This document shows, in pieces, positions 36,950 to 46,952 of a stretch of DNA of 64,000 nt. The notes beneath the pieces are model-generated. The model was not told where the DNA came from. It worked only from the letters and a program-made list of their open reading frames with translations, and made no database searches. The translations under genes were made by a program, and so were the position numbers. The stretch's first letter is position 1, and every line of letters begins with the position of its first letter. The DNA is from an uncultured bacterium (GTDB lineage: Bacteria; Patescibacteriota; Microgenomatia; Levybacterales; UBA12049), in NCBI GenBank assembly GCA_963826535.1, contig CAWGXL010000011.1:576809-640808 (forward strand), given 5' to 3'.

Positions 36950-39841
36950 ATGAAGAAATTAATGCAAAAGTTTATTTTGTTAATAATTCATTTTATTTTT
37001 GTTTTGGCGATTATTGGAGTTTTTTGGCCAATGGCGGAGTGGTATTTTAATAATCCGACATTGCCACCTTCGCGGGAGAATGTGCTGGCAAATCCATTAT
37101 GGGGTGTGGATTTTTTTTATACTGCATCCCTTGTTAATCTTCTGAAGGATAATTTTGTACTTCCGAATGCGAGTTGGGGATACGCGTGGTTTAGCGGTTG
37201 GCCTTCGTTGTCAAGCTATCCCATTTTGCACTATTATTTAATTGTTCCCTTAATAGCATTTTTTTCATTGATTGCAGCTATTAAGATTTGGATGCTGGCA
37301 AGTCTTGCAATTTACTTTATTGGTATTTATGCGGTGTGTTTTGTCTTATCACGAAACTTCGCAGTTTCATTTGTATTATCTATTGCCGCTATTTATTCAG
37401 TAGGCGTATATGGGACATTAATGTGGGGGGGGAGCCTCCCAAGTCACGCAACACAAGCATTTTTTCCTTGGGTTTTGTTTTTTATCATTGTTTACCTTAG
37501 GAACCGGCGGAAAATTTATCTATTTCTATCCGCCTTACTTGCAGGCTTGGCAATTTTGGCTCATCCACAGGTTGTAATTGCCTATATATATCCCTCAGCT
37601 GTGCTGCTATTTATATTTTCATTTGGTACTATGAAGTTTTTTCAGCGAATTAAATCAATGTTTATTTTCCTCATAGTCTCATTTTTAGTCGGATTCCCGT
37701 TGTTATATTCGAGTATGGGCAGCGCATTAAAAGTCCTATTTTTGACAGATATAAATAATGTTGCTTCCTCAACCGCAAGAGTGTCATCGGAATACGGCGC
37801 AGATGTGGCGGCATTTCATCATGCACAACCTTATCGCATATATACTGATACAAATAACATTATTTTTCTACTGCTCGGCGTTTCTTTTGTTTTATTCATT
37901 CTTTTTTTAGTATTTAAAAATAGGGGAAAACGGTTACTCGAAGTATTTCCATATGCCGTTCTGGCAATATTTTCTACCGGTTATGTTTGGATGTTTGCAT
38001 ACGGCATGTCTATTTTCCATGGAGGATGGTATCGGCTTTTTTGGGCAGTTCCATTTTGGGTGGGAATGCTTATTGCGGTATTATGGGGGGCGTGGCAGGA
38101 ACAAGCTAAGGCTTTTATAAAAAAAAGAAGCGTATATATTCCACTTTATATTTTACTCAATGTTGTTGTAATGATTGCAGGGTATGTTACGGTAATTAAA
38201 TCATCAGACGAAACAATGAAAAAAATTATACCCCGCAGCAACACTTCATCTGCTTTTCCAAACATACTAAATTTACGTACCAATGAGCAGGGGCGATTGG
38301 AATTAAAAAAAGAGCTTGTCCCTTCGTGGATGAATGGGGATGATAAGCAATACCGGATGTATGCGGGTGACCAGACTATTAATATTTGGTGGAATAGCCT
38401 ATATAGTATGCCTCTTGCCCGAGGGTATTTTGATCCTCCGGTAACAGCACAAAATAGAGGATATTTTTTTCTTACAGATGCCTCTTTGAGTCAGAGCACA
38501 AGAGGGAAAGGTGAAGATCAATTAGTCGGAGAATTTAATTATCCACCGGATATTGCTTTAAACAATACTTTGTTTTTTGTTGATTGGTACGGCATTAAAT
38601 ATATTGAATCAGGTCCAACGCTTGCGGCTTTTACGCCAATACCCAAATCATTTAATAATAGTACATATATAAAACGTGACGAACGGCTTGATTTTAATGG
38701 GGAAAAATATAACACAGGCGATATGTCGCTTCATTTTTATGAAGTGAACGATGAATATTCCAGTCCGATTTTTCAAGCAACTAATGCTCAAACGTTGGGA
38801 ATTATAGGTACTGACACAGGGTATGAAACTATTCAACGTGGCATGGCGGATATGAATCTTTCTTCAAAACATGTTGTACCTATAAAGCTTGGGCAGAATA
38901 TTGATAAACTTAGAACAAGTGATCTCTTAGCCATGGATGCTCTAATTGTATATGACTATAATTATTCAGATAAAGGTAGCGCATATAGATTACTAAGCGA
39001 TTATTTAAAAACAGGAAAAAAGATATTCATTGACACAGGCGTAGAGGTAAAAGAAGCAAATAGTAGGGATCTGCCTGAAGTTTTCCCGATGGGAAGATCA
39101 GAAAGAAAGCCATTGGGTAAGGAATGGGAATTTGAAATACCAGATTCAGAATTTTCCGCGGGTATTGATTTTTCCGCTTTTGATCCGCCTATTTTTGATA
39201 AGCAAAGTTGGAGCATTACTTATCCAATAGAGGAAAAAGATGTCAGAGAGGGAAGTAATATTTTGCTTAAGAACAAGGGTAAACCAGTCCTGATCTTATA
39301 TGAGGTCAATAGTGGACAGGTTATTTGGAGTGGAATTAACTTGCCTTATCATACAATTCGAACACATAATGCTGAAGAGGTGCGTTTTTTCAAAGTCATA
39401 ATAGAACATTTACTCGGGGGAACCGGAGCGATAAAAGAGCCCGTATATGAAGTTCAATTTATTAATCCCCAAAAAAGGCAAATTACTCTTCAGGGGGCAA
39501 AAGGGGTTCTTTTTAAAGAACAGGCGTATCCAGGTTGGAGCGCATGGGTGTCCAGTGACCAATATAATAAAAATTTAGAAATTTTTAAAGCCGGGCCTGC
39601 TTATCCAGGCTTTATGTATGTAAGATTACCTGACTCTGAACAAAAAGCAACTGTTACGCTTTCTTATAGCGGCTCTATTACTGCATGGATAGTATCTGTA
39701 ATATCAGCAATAATTGTGCTTTTGATTATGGAAGAAATATTATTAAAAGGCGCAATTTTAGGGAGATTTTATAAGTCACTTTTTAGAAAATCGCTTAGAC
39801 ATTTAAAATCCTGGTGGAGTAAGGATGATGCTGACGAATAA
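36950..39841 (+). CDS. large YfhO/PTPS-related GT-C-like membrane protein, paralog 5
   Basis: Colinear with 34005-36884 (NIWWNSLYSMPLARGYFDPP, GPAYPGFMYV); ends WWSKDDADE. Confidence 0.82.
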   Translation: MKKLMQKFILLIIHFIFVLAIIGVFWPMAEWYFNNPTLPPSRENVLANPLWGVDFFYTASLVNLLKDNFVLPNASWGYAWFSGWPSLSSYPILHYYLIVPLIAFFSLIAAIKIWMLASLAIYFIGIYAVCFVLSRNFAVSFVLSIAAIYSVGVYGTLMWGGSLPSHATQAFFPWVLFFIIVYLRNRRKIYLFLSALLAGLAILAHPQVVIAYIYPSAVLLFIFSFGTMKFFQRIKSMFIFLIVSFLVGFPLLYSSMGSALKVLFLTDINNVASSTARVSSEYGADVAAFHHAQPYRIYTDTNNIIFLLLGVSFVLFILFLVFKNRGKRLLEVFPYAVLAIFSTGYVWMFAYGMSIFHGGWYRLFWAVPFWVGMLIAVLWGAWQEQAKAFIKKRSVYIPLYILLNVVVMIAGYVTVIKSSDETMKKIIPRSNTSSAFPNILNLRTNEQGRLELKKELVPSWMNGDDKQYRMYAGDQTINIWWNSLYSMPLARGYFDPPVTAQNRGYFFLTDASLSQSTRGKGEDQLVGEFNYPPDIALNNTLFFVDWYGIKYIESGPTLAAFTPIPKSFNNSTYIKRDERLDFNGEKYNTGDMSLHFYEVNDEYSSPIFQATNAQTLGIIGTDTGYETIQRGMADMNLSSKHVVPIKLGQNIDKLRTSDLLAMDALIVYDYNYSDKGSAYRLLSDYLKTGKKIFIDTGVEVKEANSRDLPEVFPMGRSERKPLGKEWEFEIPDSEFSAGIDFSAFDPPIFDKQSWSITYPIEEKDVREGSNILLKNKGKPVLILYEVNSGQVIWSGINLPYHTIRTHNAEEVRFFKVIIEHLLGGTGAIKEPVYEVQFINPQKRQITLQGAKGVLFKEQAYPGWSAWVSSDQYNKNLEIFKAGPAYPGFMYVRLPDSEQKATVTLSYSGSITAWIVSVISAIIVLLIMEEILLKGAILGRFYKSLFRKSLRHLKSWWSKDDADE

Positions 39842-39917
39842 AAGTATTCACCATTTCGCTCCGCTTTAGCGGGGTTGCGTTAGATATTATACCATTGTAT
39901 AAAGTAAAGGAATAAAT

Positions 39918-40742
39918 ATGCTTGAGAAAAATTGTAAAAAGATACTTAAATTAATATCTCCAACAGATAAAGTTTTGGATATAGGCGGGTGGTCAATTCC
40001 ATTCAACAGGGCTAATTACGTAATTGATCTTATGCCCTATGCAACAAGAGGCATACATGGCTTCCAAGGACCACGTAAGGAATACTTCTCAAAGTCAACA
40101 TGGATTTTGCAGGACATTAGCAGCCGAAAGCTACTACCATTTAAAAATAAAGAAATTGATTTTGTTATTTGTTCCCATACGTTAGAAGACATAAAAGATC
40201 CTATATTTGTTTGTTCAGAGATAATGCGTGTGGGAAAAAGAGGATATATTGAATTTCCTTCGAGGACGGTCGAAACTATCATGGGGATGGAAGGCGAGCA
40301 TTTTGCCGGTTATTCTCATCATCGTTGGCTGATAGATATAGTAGATGATATGATTATTTTTCGCTTTAAAAATCATTTTATCCATCATTCTTGGAAATAT
40401 CATTTACCTAAATCTTATTTAAAAAAACTTAAGCCAGAAGATCATGTATCTTACCTTTTTTGGGAAAATAATTTTAAGTATGAAGAAGTTATAACGAATT
40501 CCAGCTTGAATACGAGGGGGGAAATGGAAGAATTTGTAAAAAATAAAAAAGCATATCCGCCAATCTTTAATGCGTTAAATGCTTTTGATTCCAGGGTACA
40601 TATGAAATCATTTATAAAGAATTTTCTCTTAAAACATACAAATGTCGCAAAAATTGCAGAAAATGTTTTTGGAAAAACTATAAAAACTGGTTTGCAGGAA
40701 GAATCTTTTTGGAAGAGCGTGCATGATATACGCTCAAAATAA
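39918..40742 (+). CDS. SAM-dependent methyltransferase (Methyltransf_11-like)
   Basis: VLDIGG, LPFKNKEIDFVICSHTLED. Confidence 0.85.
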   Translation: MLEKNCKKILKLISPTDKVLDIGGWSIPFNRANYVIDLMPYATRGIHGFQGPRKEYFSKSTWILQDISSRKLLPFKNKEIDFVICSHTLEDIKDPIFVCSEIMRVGKRGYIEFPSRTVETIMGMEGEHFAGYSHHRWLIDIVDDMIIFRFKNHFIHHSWKYHLPKSYLKKLKPEDHVSYLFWENNFKYEEVITNSSLNTRGEMEEFVKNKKAYPPIFNALNAFDSRVHMKSFIKNFLLKHTNVAKIAENVFGKTIKTGLQEESFWKSVHDIRSK

Positions 40743-40761
40743 CTAGTGTTAGGTAAATATC

Positions 40762-40872
40762 GTCATTCACGCGAACGCGGGAATCCAGAAGATACAAATA
40801 ACTATTCCTTATAAAAAATAAATGGGGAAATTATTTTTAACTACTGGATTCCCCTGTCCAGGGGAATGACAA
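40762..40872. repeat. inverted pair of family A palindromes (BIME-like) between convergent genes
   Basis: GTCATTCACGCGAACGCGGGAATCCAG and CTGGATTCCCCTGTCCAGGGGAATGAC; the second supplies the 3' end of the GT2 gene. Confidence 0.8.
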
Positions 40873-41781
40873 ATTATTTTTATTCTGGGTTTTTCTTGCA
40901 TTTAGGGTTTGATTAATATGTTTGATATTCCAGTACAACGCTTTTATAAAAGGTTTATACGTTTTAATTGATGAACGTATGTTTTGAAGATGTATAAAGA
41001 AAAATATATGTGTAAGCAAGGATGTAGTTATTTGTAAAACTGTTGCGTTTTTTATTAAGCAACGCCATTTACTTCTATAGCCATAGTAGATCATTTCCTG
41101 TAAATTCCCCCTTAGTGCGGTTTTTCCGTTGCCATGGTAAAATATTGCATGAGGATTGTACATGACTTTGAATCCTTTTTGTTTGGCCCGCAAACTAAAA
41201 TCTACATCTTCAAAATACAAGAAATAATTTTCATCTAATTGCCCTACTGTTGTAAGTATGCTTTTTCTCACAAAAAATCCACCAGCAGGAACAAGATCGC
41301 AAGATCTTACTTGATCTAAATTGCTAAGATCGAATGGTAAATAGCCAAGATAGGGATTTAGCCGTAATCCTCCAAAGGCAATTTCCTTTGGTAAGTCAAT
41401 GCGGTAGGCTTTTCCACCTATGACTCCGATAGATAAATCAGATTCCGCAAGATCTACCATTGCATTAAAAAAGTTTTTTTCATAGATAACATCATTATTG
41501 CCATACATTATATAATCACTTTTTGACTTTTTTACAGCTATATTTACTGCTTTTGCATAACCGGTGTTGCAGGCAAGTTTTATGACAGTAACTTCAGGGA
41601 ATAATTTTTTTATCTTATCAGGCGTACCATCTGAGGAATTATTATCAACAACTGTAACTTCTATCAAGTGTTTTGGATAGGATACTTTTTGAATAGACGA
41701 GAGACAGATTTGGGTATCATCCCAGCCATTGAATGTGGGGAATACTATGGATATTTTTTGAGTATATTTATCTTTTTTCAT
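40837..41781 (-). CDS. GT2 glycosyltransferase (WbbL/rhamnosyltransferase-like)
   Basis: VVDNNSSDGT, NTGYAKAVN, NNDV, YFEDVDFSLR. Confidence 0.9.
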   Translation of the reverse strand: MKKDKYTQKISIVFPTFNGWDDTQICLSSIQKVSYPKHLIEVTVVDNNSSDGTPDKIKKLFPEVTVIKLACNTGYAKAVNIAVKKSKSDYIMYGNNDVIYEKNFFNAMVDLAESDLSIGVIGGKAYRIDLPKEIAFGGLRLNPYLGYLPFDLSNLDQVRSCDLVPAGGFFVRKSILTTVGQLDENYFLYFEDVDFSLRAKQKGFKVMYNPHAIFYHGNGKTALRGNLQEMIYYGYRSKWRCLIKNATVLQITTSLLTHIFFFIHLQNIRSSIKTYKPFIKALYWNIKHINQTLNARKTQNKNNLSFPWTGESSS

Positions 41782-43189
41782 AATTTGAAATGGTTAACAC
41801 ATCAAAAGTTACTTTTTTATTTATTTTGTAGCGCTTATCAATATATTGTTTAGTTTTTTGCAATTCTATTTCATCAAGCCCACCTGTAATATCCATAAGT
41901 GAAAATTTGGAAAGTGAAGACTTAATTAATTGTTTTTTCCCTCCTATTATAGCAATAGTTTTATCGGAGAGAGGGTTAGTTGATATAAGGTAATTTTTAT
42001 TTTCCCATTCAGGAAAATAGTAGAGCACAGGATAATATGTGAGGATACTTGTATGTGCAAGAGGTGTGTTATTATCGATTTTTTTTAAAGCGGCTTGGAT
42101 AGGTGTACCATGAAAGGGTGTATAAGTGATTGAGATAAAAAATATTGAAGCGAGTAAAATAATTAACAGAATAAAATAATAAATACGTTTACTTGGCTGG
42201 AGATTATAAATTCCCAGTCCGAGAATCTGGTAAAAAAAGGGCGCAAACAGAATCGTTGAGCGGACTGAAAAGACAGGTATAAAAATATTGATAATAGTTA
42301 GAGTAAATAAGGGTATTAATAACAGATATAATAAAATTTTTCCTTCGTTAGTTTTTTTTGCCAGTAATGTGCCTTTGAGAAAACCGACAGAAAAAGCAAT
42401 TAAAGATAGCACAAAAATGGTTTTAATCCATATTGGAACGCTTTGGGAAAAAAAAGTGCGGAGTCCTATGTTGCCGGTTCCCCCTAATACAAAAGATGCA
42501 ATTGTAGCCGGGATGGCGATAATATTTGACTGGGCATATATATCAGGGTGTTGATTTTGTAAAAAATCCAATAACCACGGAATAGTTAATAATCCCGGAA
42601 TTAAAAGCAAAAAAAATGGCCAAAGTTTCTTTTTGCGAGGGATAATATATAAAAGAGCAATATAGGGCAAAAAAAGCAGAAAAGAATAGTAATGAGTATA
42701 AAGAGCTAAAGTAAAGCTTAAAAGAAAAATTAAGCTTGTGTGTATTGATTGTTTTTTGAGGAGGCTAATCCATGAGTAAGTGGAAACTAATCCGAGAAAA
42801 ACTATCAGAGAATACATACGGGCTTCTGTGGAATAATAAATCATGAGGGGAGAAAGGGTAAATATGCTGCTAGAAAAGATGGCGATTTTAGAATTAAAAA
42901 GCTTATCTGTCAGTTTAAAGAAAATAGCGATACTCAAAACTCCGAATATTAATGAAGGCGCTCGTAAACTTATCATTCCTGTTCCGAAGATATCCATCCA
43001 ACTATGTAATAAGAGATAATAAAAAGGCGGATTATTGTCAGCTGCGGTTGCGGTCAGAAGGTCATGTAGTGACGATTTAGCGACGAAAAAGCTAAATGCT
43101 TCATCAAACCATATATCATGCTGGTTTAAGAAATTAATGCGAAGAAGTAAACCAATAATTAGAATGCTTGGAAGGAATAAATGTTTCAT
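41768..43189 (-). CDS. GT39/GT83 (PMT_2) family GT-C glycosyltransferase
   Basis: IWFDEAFS, NPPFYYLLL, SLRAPSLIFG, YSTEARMYS, LYTHYY. Confidence 0.9.
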   Translation of the reverse strand: MKHLFLPSILIIGLLLRINFLNQHDIWFDEAFSFFVAKSSLHDLLTATAADNNPPFYYLLLHSWMDIFGTGMISLRAPSLIFGVLSIAIFFKLTDKLFNSKIAIFSSSIFTLSPLMIYYSTEARMYSLIVFLGLVSTYSWISLLKKQSIHTSLIFLLSFTLALYTHYYSFLLFLPYIALLYIIPRKKKLWPFFLLLIPGLLTIPWLLDFLQNQHPDIYAQSNIIAIPATIASFVLGGTGNIGLRTFFSQSVPIWIKTIFVLSLIAFSVGFLKGTLLAKKTNEGKILLYLLLIPLFTLTIINIFIPVFSVRSTILFAPFFYQILGLGIYNLQPSKRIYYFILLIILLASIFFISITYTPFHGTPIQAALKKIDNNTPLAHTSILTYYPVLYYFPEWENKNYLISTNPLSDKTIAIIGGKKQLIKSSLSKFSLMDITGGLDEIELQKTKQYIDKRYKINKKVTFDVLTISNYEKR

Positions 43190-45855
43190 TCATCTTCTTT
43201 CTGCCACCAGGAATGAACTCTTTTAATTATTTTATGTTTGACGTGGTGGTGGGTATGGCGGTGCAAAGCGTGGAAAGGATGGGGGATTATAAGGTAGAGT
43301 ATTGCCAGTAATAAAGCCAGGATGCTTGCATAAAAAAGGAGCCAAGAAATTTTGCTTCCCTCATAAGAAAGAACGATTTGCTGAGGTTCGTTATTTAAAG
43401 ATTTAGGAATTGGAACATACATGAAATCTAGTCCGGCAATATGCACGGGAATTTTATTTCCGTTGGCTGTGGCAGTCCAGCCGGGGTCATAATTTTCTTT
43501 AAAGTAAACCCCATTAATATTTGTACCTGTAATATCGATTATTCTTGGGTCTATTCTGCTTACTTTAAACGCGGGTTTAGTAGAATCTGTTGTAGTTATT
43601 GGCTTTAGTATATTTGCAAAAAGTTTTGCTTCTTCATAATTGTCGTTTTTGACAGTATGATAAATAAGATTCATTCCGCTCCACACGACTTGTCCTTTTC
43701 CTAATTTTCCTTGAGCAAGTAGAAGTTTATTGTTAAGTTGTAATTCAGGCTTAGCCCATGACCTAAGGTCAGATTGTGTGGAGGTTGATTGCTTCCAGGG
43801 GCCGCCATTATAGGAAAGCGGCGAGAATTTTTTTACATTGATATCGCTGATAACTCCTGAATTTTCATTTAAGCCTTTGTCAAAGGTGGTTTTGGTTTCA
43901 ATAAGAGAGAGTGAATTTACAGGAAAAATTTCAGCAAGGTTGCCGCCAGGATGATTTTTAAGGGACGCGGTTTCTATAAATACCAGACCCCCGTTTTTCG
44001 CAAAATCTGTGATTTTTGACCAGTCGCTTCCGGTAAATTGATAACACACAATAGCTTTAAATTTTTTTAATTCTTCCTCAGAAATATCGCTAATATCTTG
44101 TGGGCCTTTCACAGGGATAAAAGAGAAAGAATTTAGATTTGTCATGGCAATTGTGCGGATGAAATTCTCATAACCAATATCATCGCCAATAAATAGCAGG
44201 GCATTACTATTGGTCGGAGAAACAATTGGGGAGACGTAGTTGGATGAAAATTGATACCAGGTAAAATTTTTCAGTTCATCTTGCCTGGTAACAATTTTTG
44301 GGTCTGTAAGAATAGATTCCGGATATGGGGCAATTGAATTTTCGTGGAAACCAATGGCAAACGCGTCAAGTAAAAATAATGCACGGTTTTTGACAAGTTC
44401 CTCATTATCGATTTTTGGATCTCTTGTCGCGTATTGTAGTAAATACTGCCAATCCCGATGGACTCCAATAGGATGATCAGAATAACCACGAGTTGAGGGC
44501 ATTGAGGAAATAAAATTCCACCATTGTGTCAGTCCAGGATTAAATGTATCCAGGCGCCAATTTGTCTCCCGGAGCGGGATCCAGTCAGGAATAATCTTGG
44601 ACAATTCAAGTGTTTTATATTTTGGAATTGTATAGAGGTAACTATCAATGGGGTCGATATTGACGCGATCTTTATGAATTGTTGGTGGATAATAATAAAG
44701 TGAAATGCCTATTATAAATACTATAAATACGGAAATAATCAGAGAGACTTTTGGTAGTACTTTATGCACTGACCGGAATAAATGTGCTGCGATCAAAAGT
44801 AAAAAAATATTGGCTGCCCAAAAAATTCTCGTGGGAAAAATTACATTGGCGAGGCCGTTTATTAAATGAAGGTAGGCGAATAATCCATACAAGAAAAATA
44901 CTGTGAATCCTGCTAGCGCAGGCATGAAGGAAAAAAACTTTACTGATCGTTTAACGATTTTAGCCGATATTGCCAAAAGAAAAGTAGCTGCGATAATAAT
45001 AAGTGTTAAAGGTGTCATCCAGAGAATTAAATGTTTTGGATAAATTCCCCAACATTCAGGGTTGTTGCAGGCATCAGTGCCGGAGCCGAGAAAGTTTTGC
45101 AGAAAAACTGTAAAAAGTCCGGAAGATCCGATTACAAAAGAAAGACAGGAAAATATAATAATATAATAAATTCTTTTTTTGTATGTAATATTTTTTAATG
45201 GTATGACTAAAAACGCTGCAAGAACGGGTAAAAAAATCATTATTAAACTTGTTGGAGCGTGATTTAAGAAAGCAAATCCCATAAATATTGAGGCGATAAC
45301 TAAATAATGTTTTTTAGAATTTTCTGCAAATTTATATATCAATAGAAGAATTAAAGGTAAATACCACTGAGCGGTTGCCGAGATAACAAAACCGCCGGTC
45401 ATTAAGGGATAATAGGTTGCTTTGGTTATGACTAGAATAAGTGTCAAAGTGAAAGCCACAAGCCAATTTTTGCTTACTTGTTTAAAAAGTATAAGGCTGG
45501 CAAGAAAAAATAGAGCTAAAGAAATACTGGCAAAAATTTCCATGGTATTTGCGGGTTCAAAAAAAGGCATCAATGGAAACATGAGATAAAAAGCGAGCCA
45601 GGGGTAACCGCCAATTATGGGAGAGCCCTCATTCCATAAGGGTATCCAGCCTAAAGGGGGAAGCGATAAATTATGATAAAAGAAATTGACATAGGTAAGT
45701 GCGTTGAAATAATCACCTCCCATTGGTTGTTGACTGAAAAGGTAAGTTTTTCCTGCAATTGACCACCAAATATAAATTAGAATTGTAGATAGGACGAGAA
45801 AGGCGATAAGGTGTATTAGGGTTTTAAGTGTATGTTTAACTATTTTCATATACAA
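43186..45855 (-). CDS. large YfhO/PTPS-related GT-C-like membrane protein, paralog 6
   Basis: WIPLWNEGSP..YPWL, QWWNFISSMPSTRGYSDHP, YFKENYDPGW, DFMYVP, ends WWQKEDE. Confidence 0.82.
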   Translation of the reverse strand: MYMKIVKHTLKTLIHLIAFLVLSTILIYIWWSIAGKTYLFSQQPMGGDYFNALTYVNFFYHNLSLPPLGWIPLWNEGSPIIGGYPWLAFYLMFPLMPFFEPANTMEIFASISLALFFLASLILFKQVSKNWLVAFTLTLILVITKATYYPLMTGGFVISATAQWYLPLILLLIYKFAENSKKHYLVIASIFMGFAFLNHAPTSLIMIFLPVLAAFLVIPLKNITYKKRIYYIIIFSCLSFVIGSSGLFTVFLQNFLGSGTDACNNPECWGIYPKHLILWMTPLTLIIIAATFLLAISAKIVKRSVKFFSFMPALAGFTVFFLYGLFAYLHLINGLANVIFPTRIFWAANIFLLLIAAHLFRSVHKVLPKVSLIISVFIVFIIGISLYYYPPTIHKDRVNIDPIDSYLYTIPKYKTLELSKIIPDWIPLRETNWRLDTFNPGLTQWWNFISSMPSTRGYSDHPIGVHRDWQYLLQYATRDPKIDNEELVKNRALFLLDAFAIGFHENSIAPYPESILTDPKIVTRQDELKNFTWYQFSSNYVSPIVSPTNSNALLFIGDDIGYENFIRTIAMTNLNSFSFIPVKGPQDISDISEEELKKFKAIVCYQFTGSDWSKITDFAKNGGLVFIETASLKNHPGGNLAEIFPVNSLSLIETKTTFDKGLNENSGVISDINVKKFSPLSYNGGPWKQSTSTQSDLRSWAKPELQLNNKLLLAQGKLGKGQVVWSGMNLIYHTVKNDNYEEAKLFANILKPITTTDSTKPAFKVSRIDPRIIDITGTNINGVYFKENYDPGWTATANGNKIPVHIAGLDFMYVPIPKSLNNEPQQIVLSYEGSKISWLLFYASILALLLAILYLIIPHPFHALHRHTHHHVKHKIIKRVHSWWQKEDE

Positions 45856-45880
45856 ATTTTAGTTTTTAACTTACATTGAA

Positions 45881-45987
45881 TTGTCATCCCGACCGAGTTC
45901 GCAAACGAGTGGAGGGATCTCAAGCCTATGTGGAAATCTGTGGTATGAGATTCTTCGACTTTGCTATCGCTTCGCTCAGAATGACAA
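45881..45987. repeat. inverted REP pair, family C
   Basis: TTGTCATCCCGACCGAG...GGATCTC / GAGATTCTTCG...CTCAGAATGACAA. Confidence 0.75.
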
Positions 45988-46016
45988 ACGTTGAGAAACA
46001 TGAGTTTTATAATTAA

Positions 46017-46952
46017 TTATTTTTTAACAGGTTTAGCGATTATTAACATATTATCACGAAAAGCGAATGAAAATAAATTGATAAGTAAAGTGATAGGAAA
46101 AAGGAGATAGGCTGCTAGAATCGCCACGAATGAATTAACTCTTTTTGAGCGAAAGAGGTTGGCGAAACTGCTTGAGCCGCTGAAACTGAGGATGCCGGGA
46201 TAAGATATAAAAGTAGTTTGAAAACCAGCTTCATTTAAAACTAGTGTTAGAGATTTTTTCGTCCAAAAGAATAGATGTTGTGGAAGTAGAAGAAGCTGCC
46301 AATGGGCTCTAAAAAGTTTTCTATATATACTGTTACCATTAGGAACTTCTATTACAAGGTATCCATCGGGACTTATTAGATTACTCAGAGAATTCAAAAC
46401 AATTTTGGGATTAGGTAGATGTTCCAGCACATGCCACATTGTTATTATTTCAAATGACTGTTCCGTAAGTTTTATGTGTTGTACAGGCTGGGTCAGGATA
46501 TTAGCCTTTTTTAACTTTAACTTTGCTTGTTTTGCTAAGTTTCTGTTGATTTCAATACCTGTTAACTGCCATTTATTACCGGCAAATTTTTCTAAAAATG
46601 AACCGTCACCGCATCCAATGTCAAGAATTTTTCCAGAGACATGCAGGGCAAGTATTTTGTTATATCTACTGCTAAAACAGGAGTCTAAATAGGTTCTATA
46701 TACTGTTTTTCCAAAAGGGATATGGAGTAATGCGTTGACTTGATGATTTTTTGCTTTGATTAGTTCATTAGGATCTTCATAAGAATAGAAGCGGTTAGGA
46801 CTTTGAATTATTAAAGGACGAATTTGTATGAGGTCGCAATTGGTGCATCTGTAAAATGTGTATTTTTTATTTTTGTGAAAGGCTTTAAAAATAATTGATT
46901 TTAAGCGTTTTGAACAAATAGAACAATTACTGCTCATATTATAAAATATCAT
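46017..46952 (-). CDS. class I SAM methyltransferase with N-terminal CxxC..CxxC
   Basis: ILDIGCGDG, ITMWHVLEH, IEVPN, PQHLFFW. Confidence 0.9.
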   Translation of the reverse strand: MIFYNMSSNCSICSKRLKSIIFKAFHKNKKYTFYRCTNCDLIQIRPLIIQSPNRFYSYEDPNELIKAKNHQVNALLHIPFGKTVYRTYLDSCFSSRYNKILALHVSGKILDIGCGDGSFLEKFAGNKWQLTGIEINRNLAKQAKLKLKKANILTQPVQHIKLTEQSFEIITMWHVLEHLPNPKIVLNSLSNLISPDGYLVIEVPNGNSIYRKLFRAHWQLLLLPQHLFFWTKKSLTLVLNEAGFQTTFISYPGILSFSGSSSFANLFRSKRVNSFVAILAAYLLFPITLLINLFSFAFRDNMLIIAKPVKK

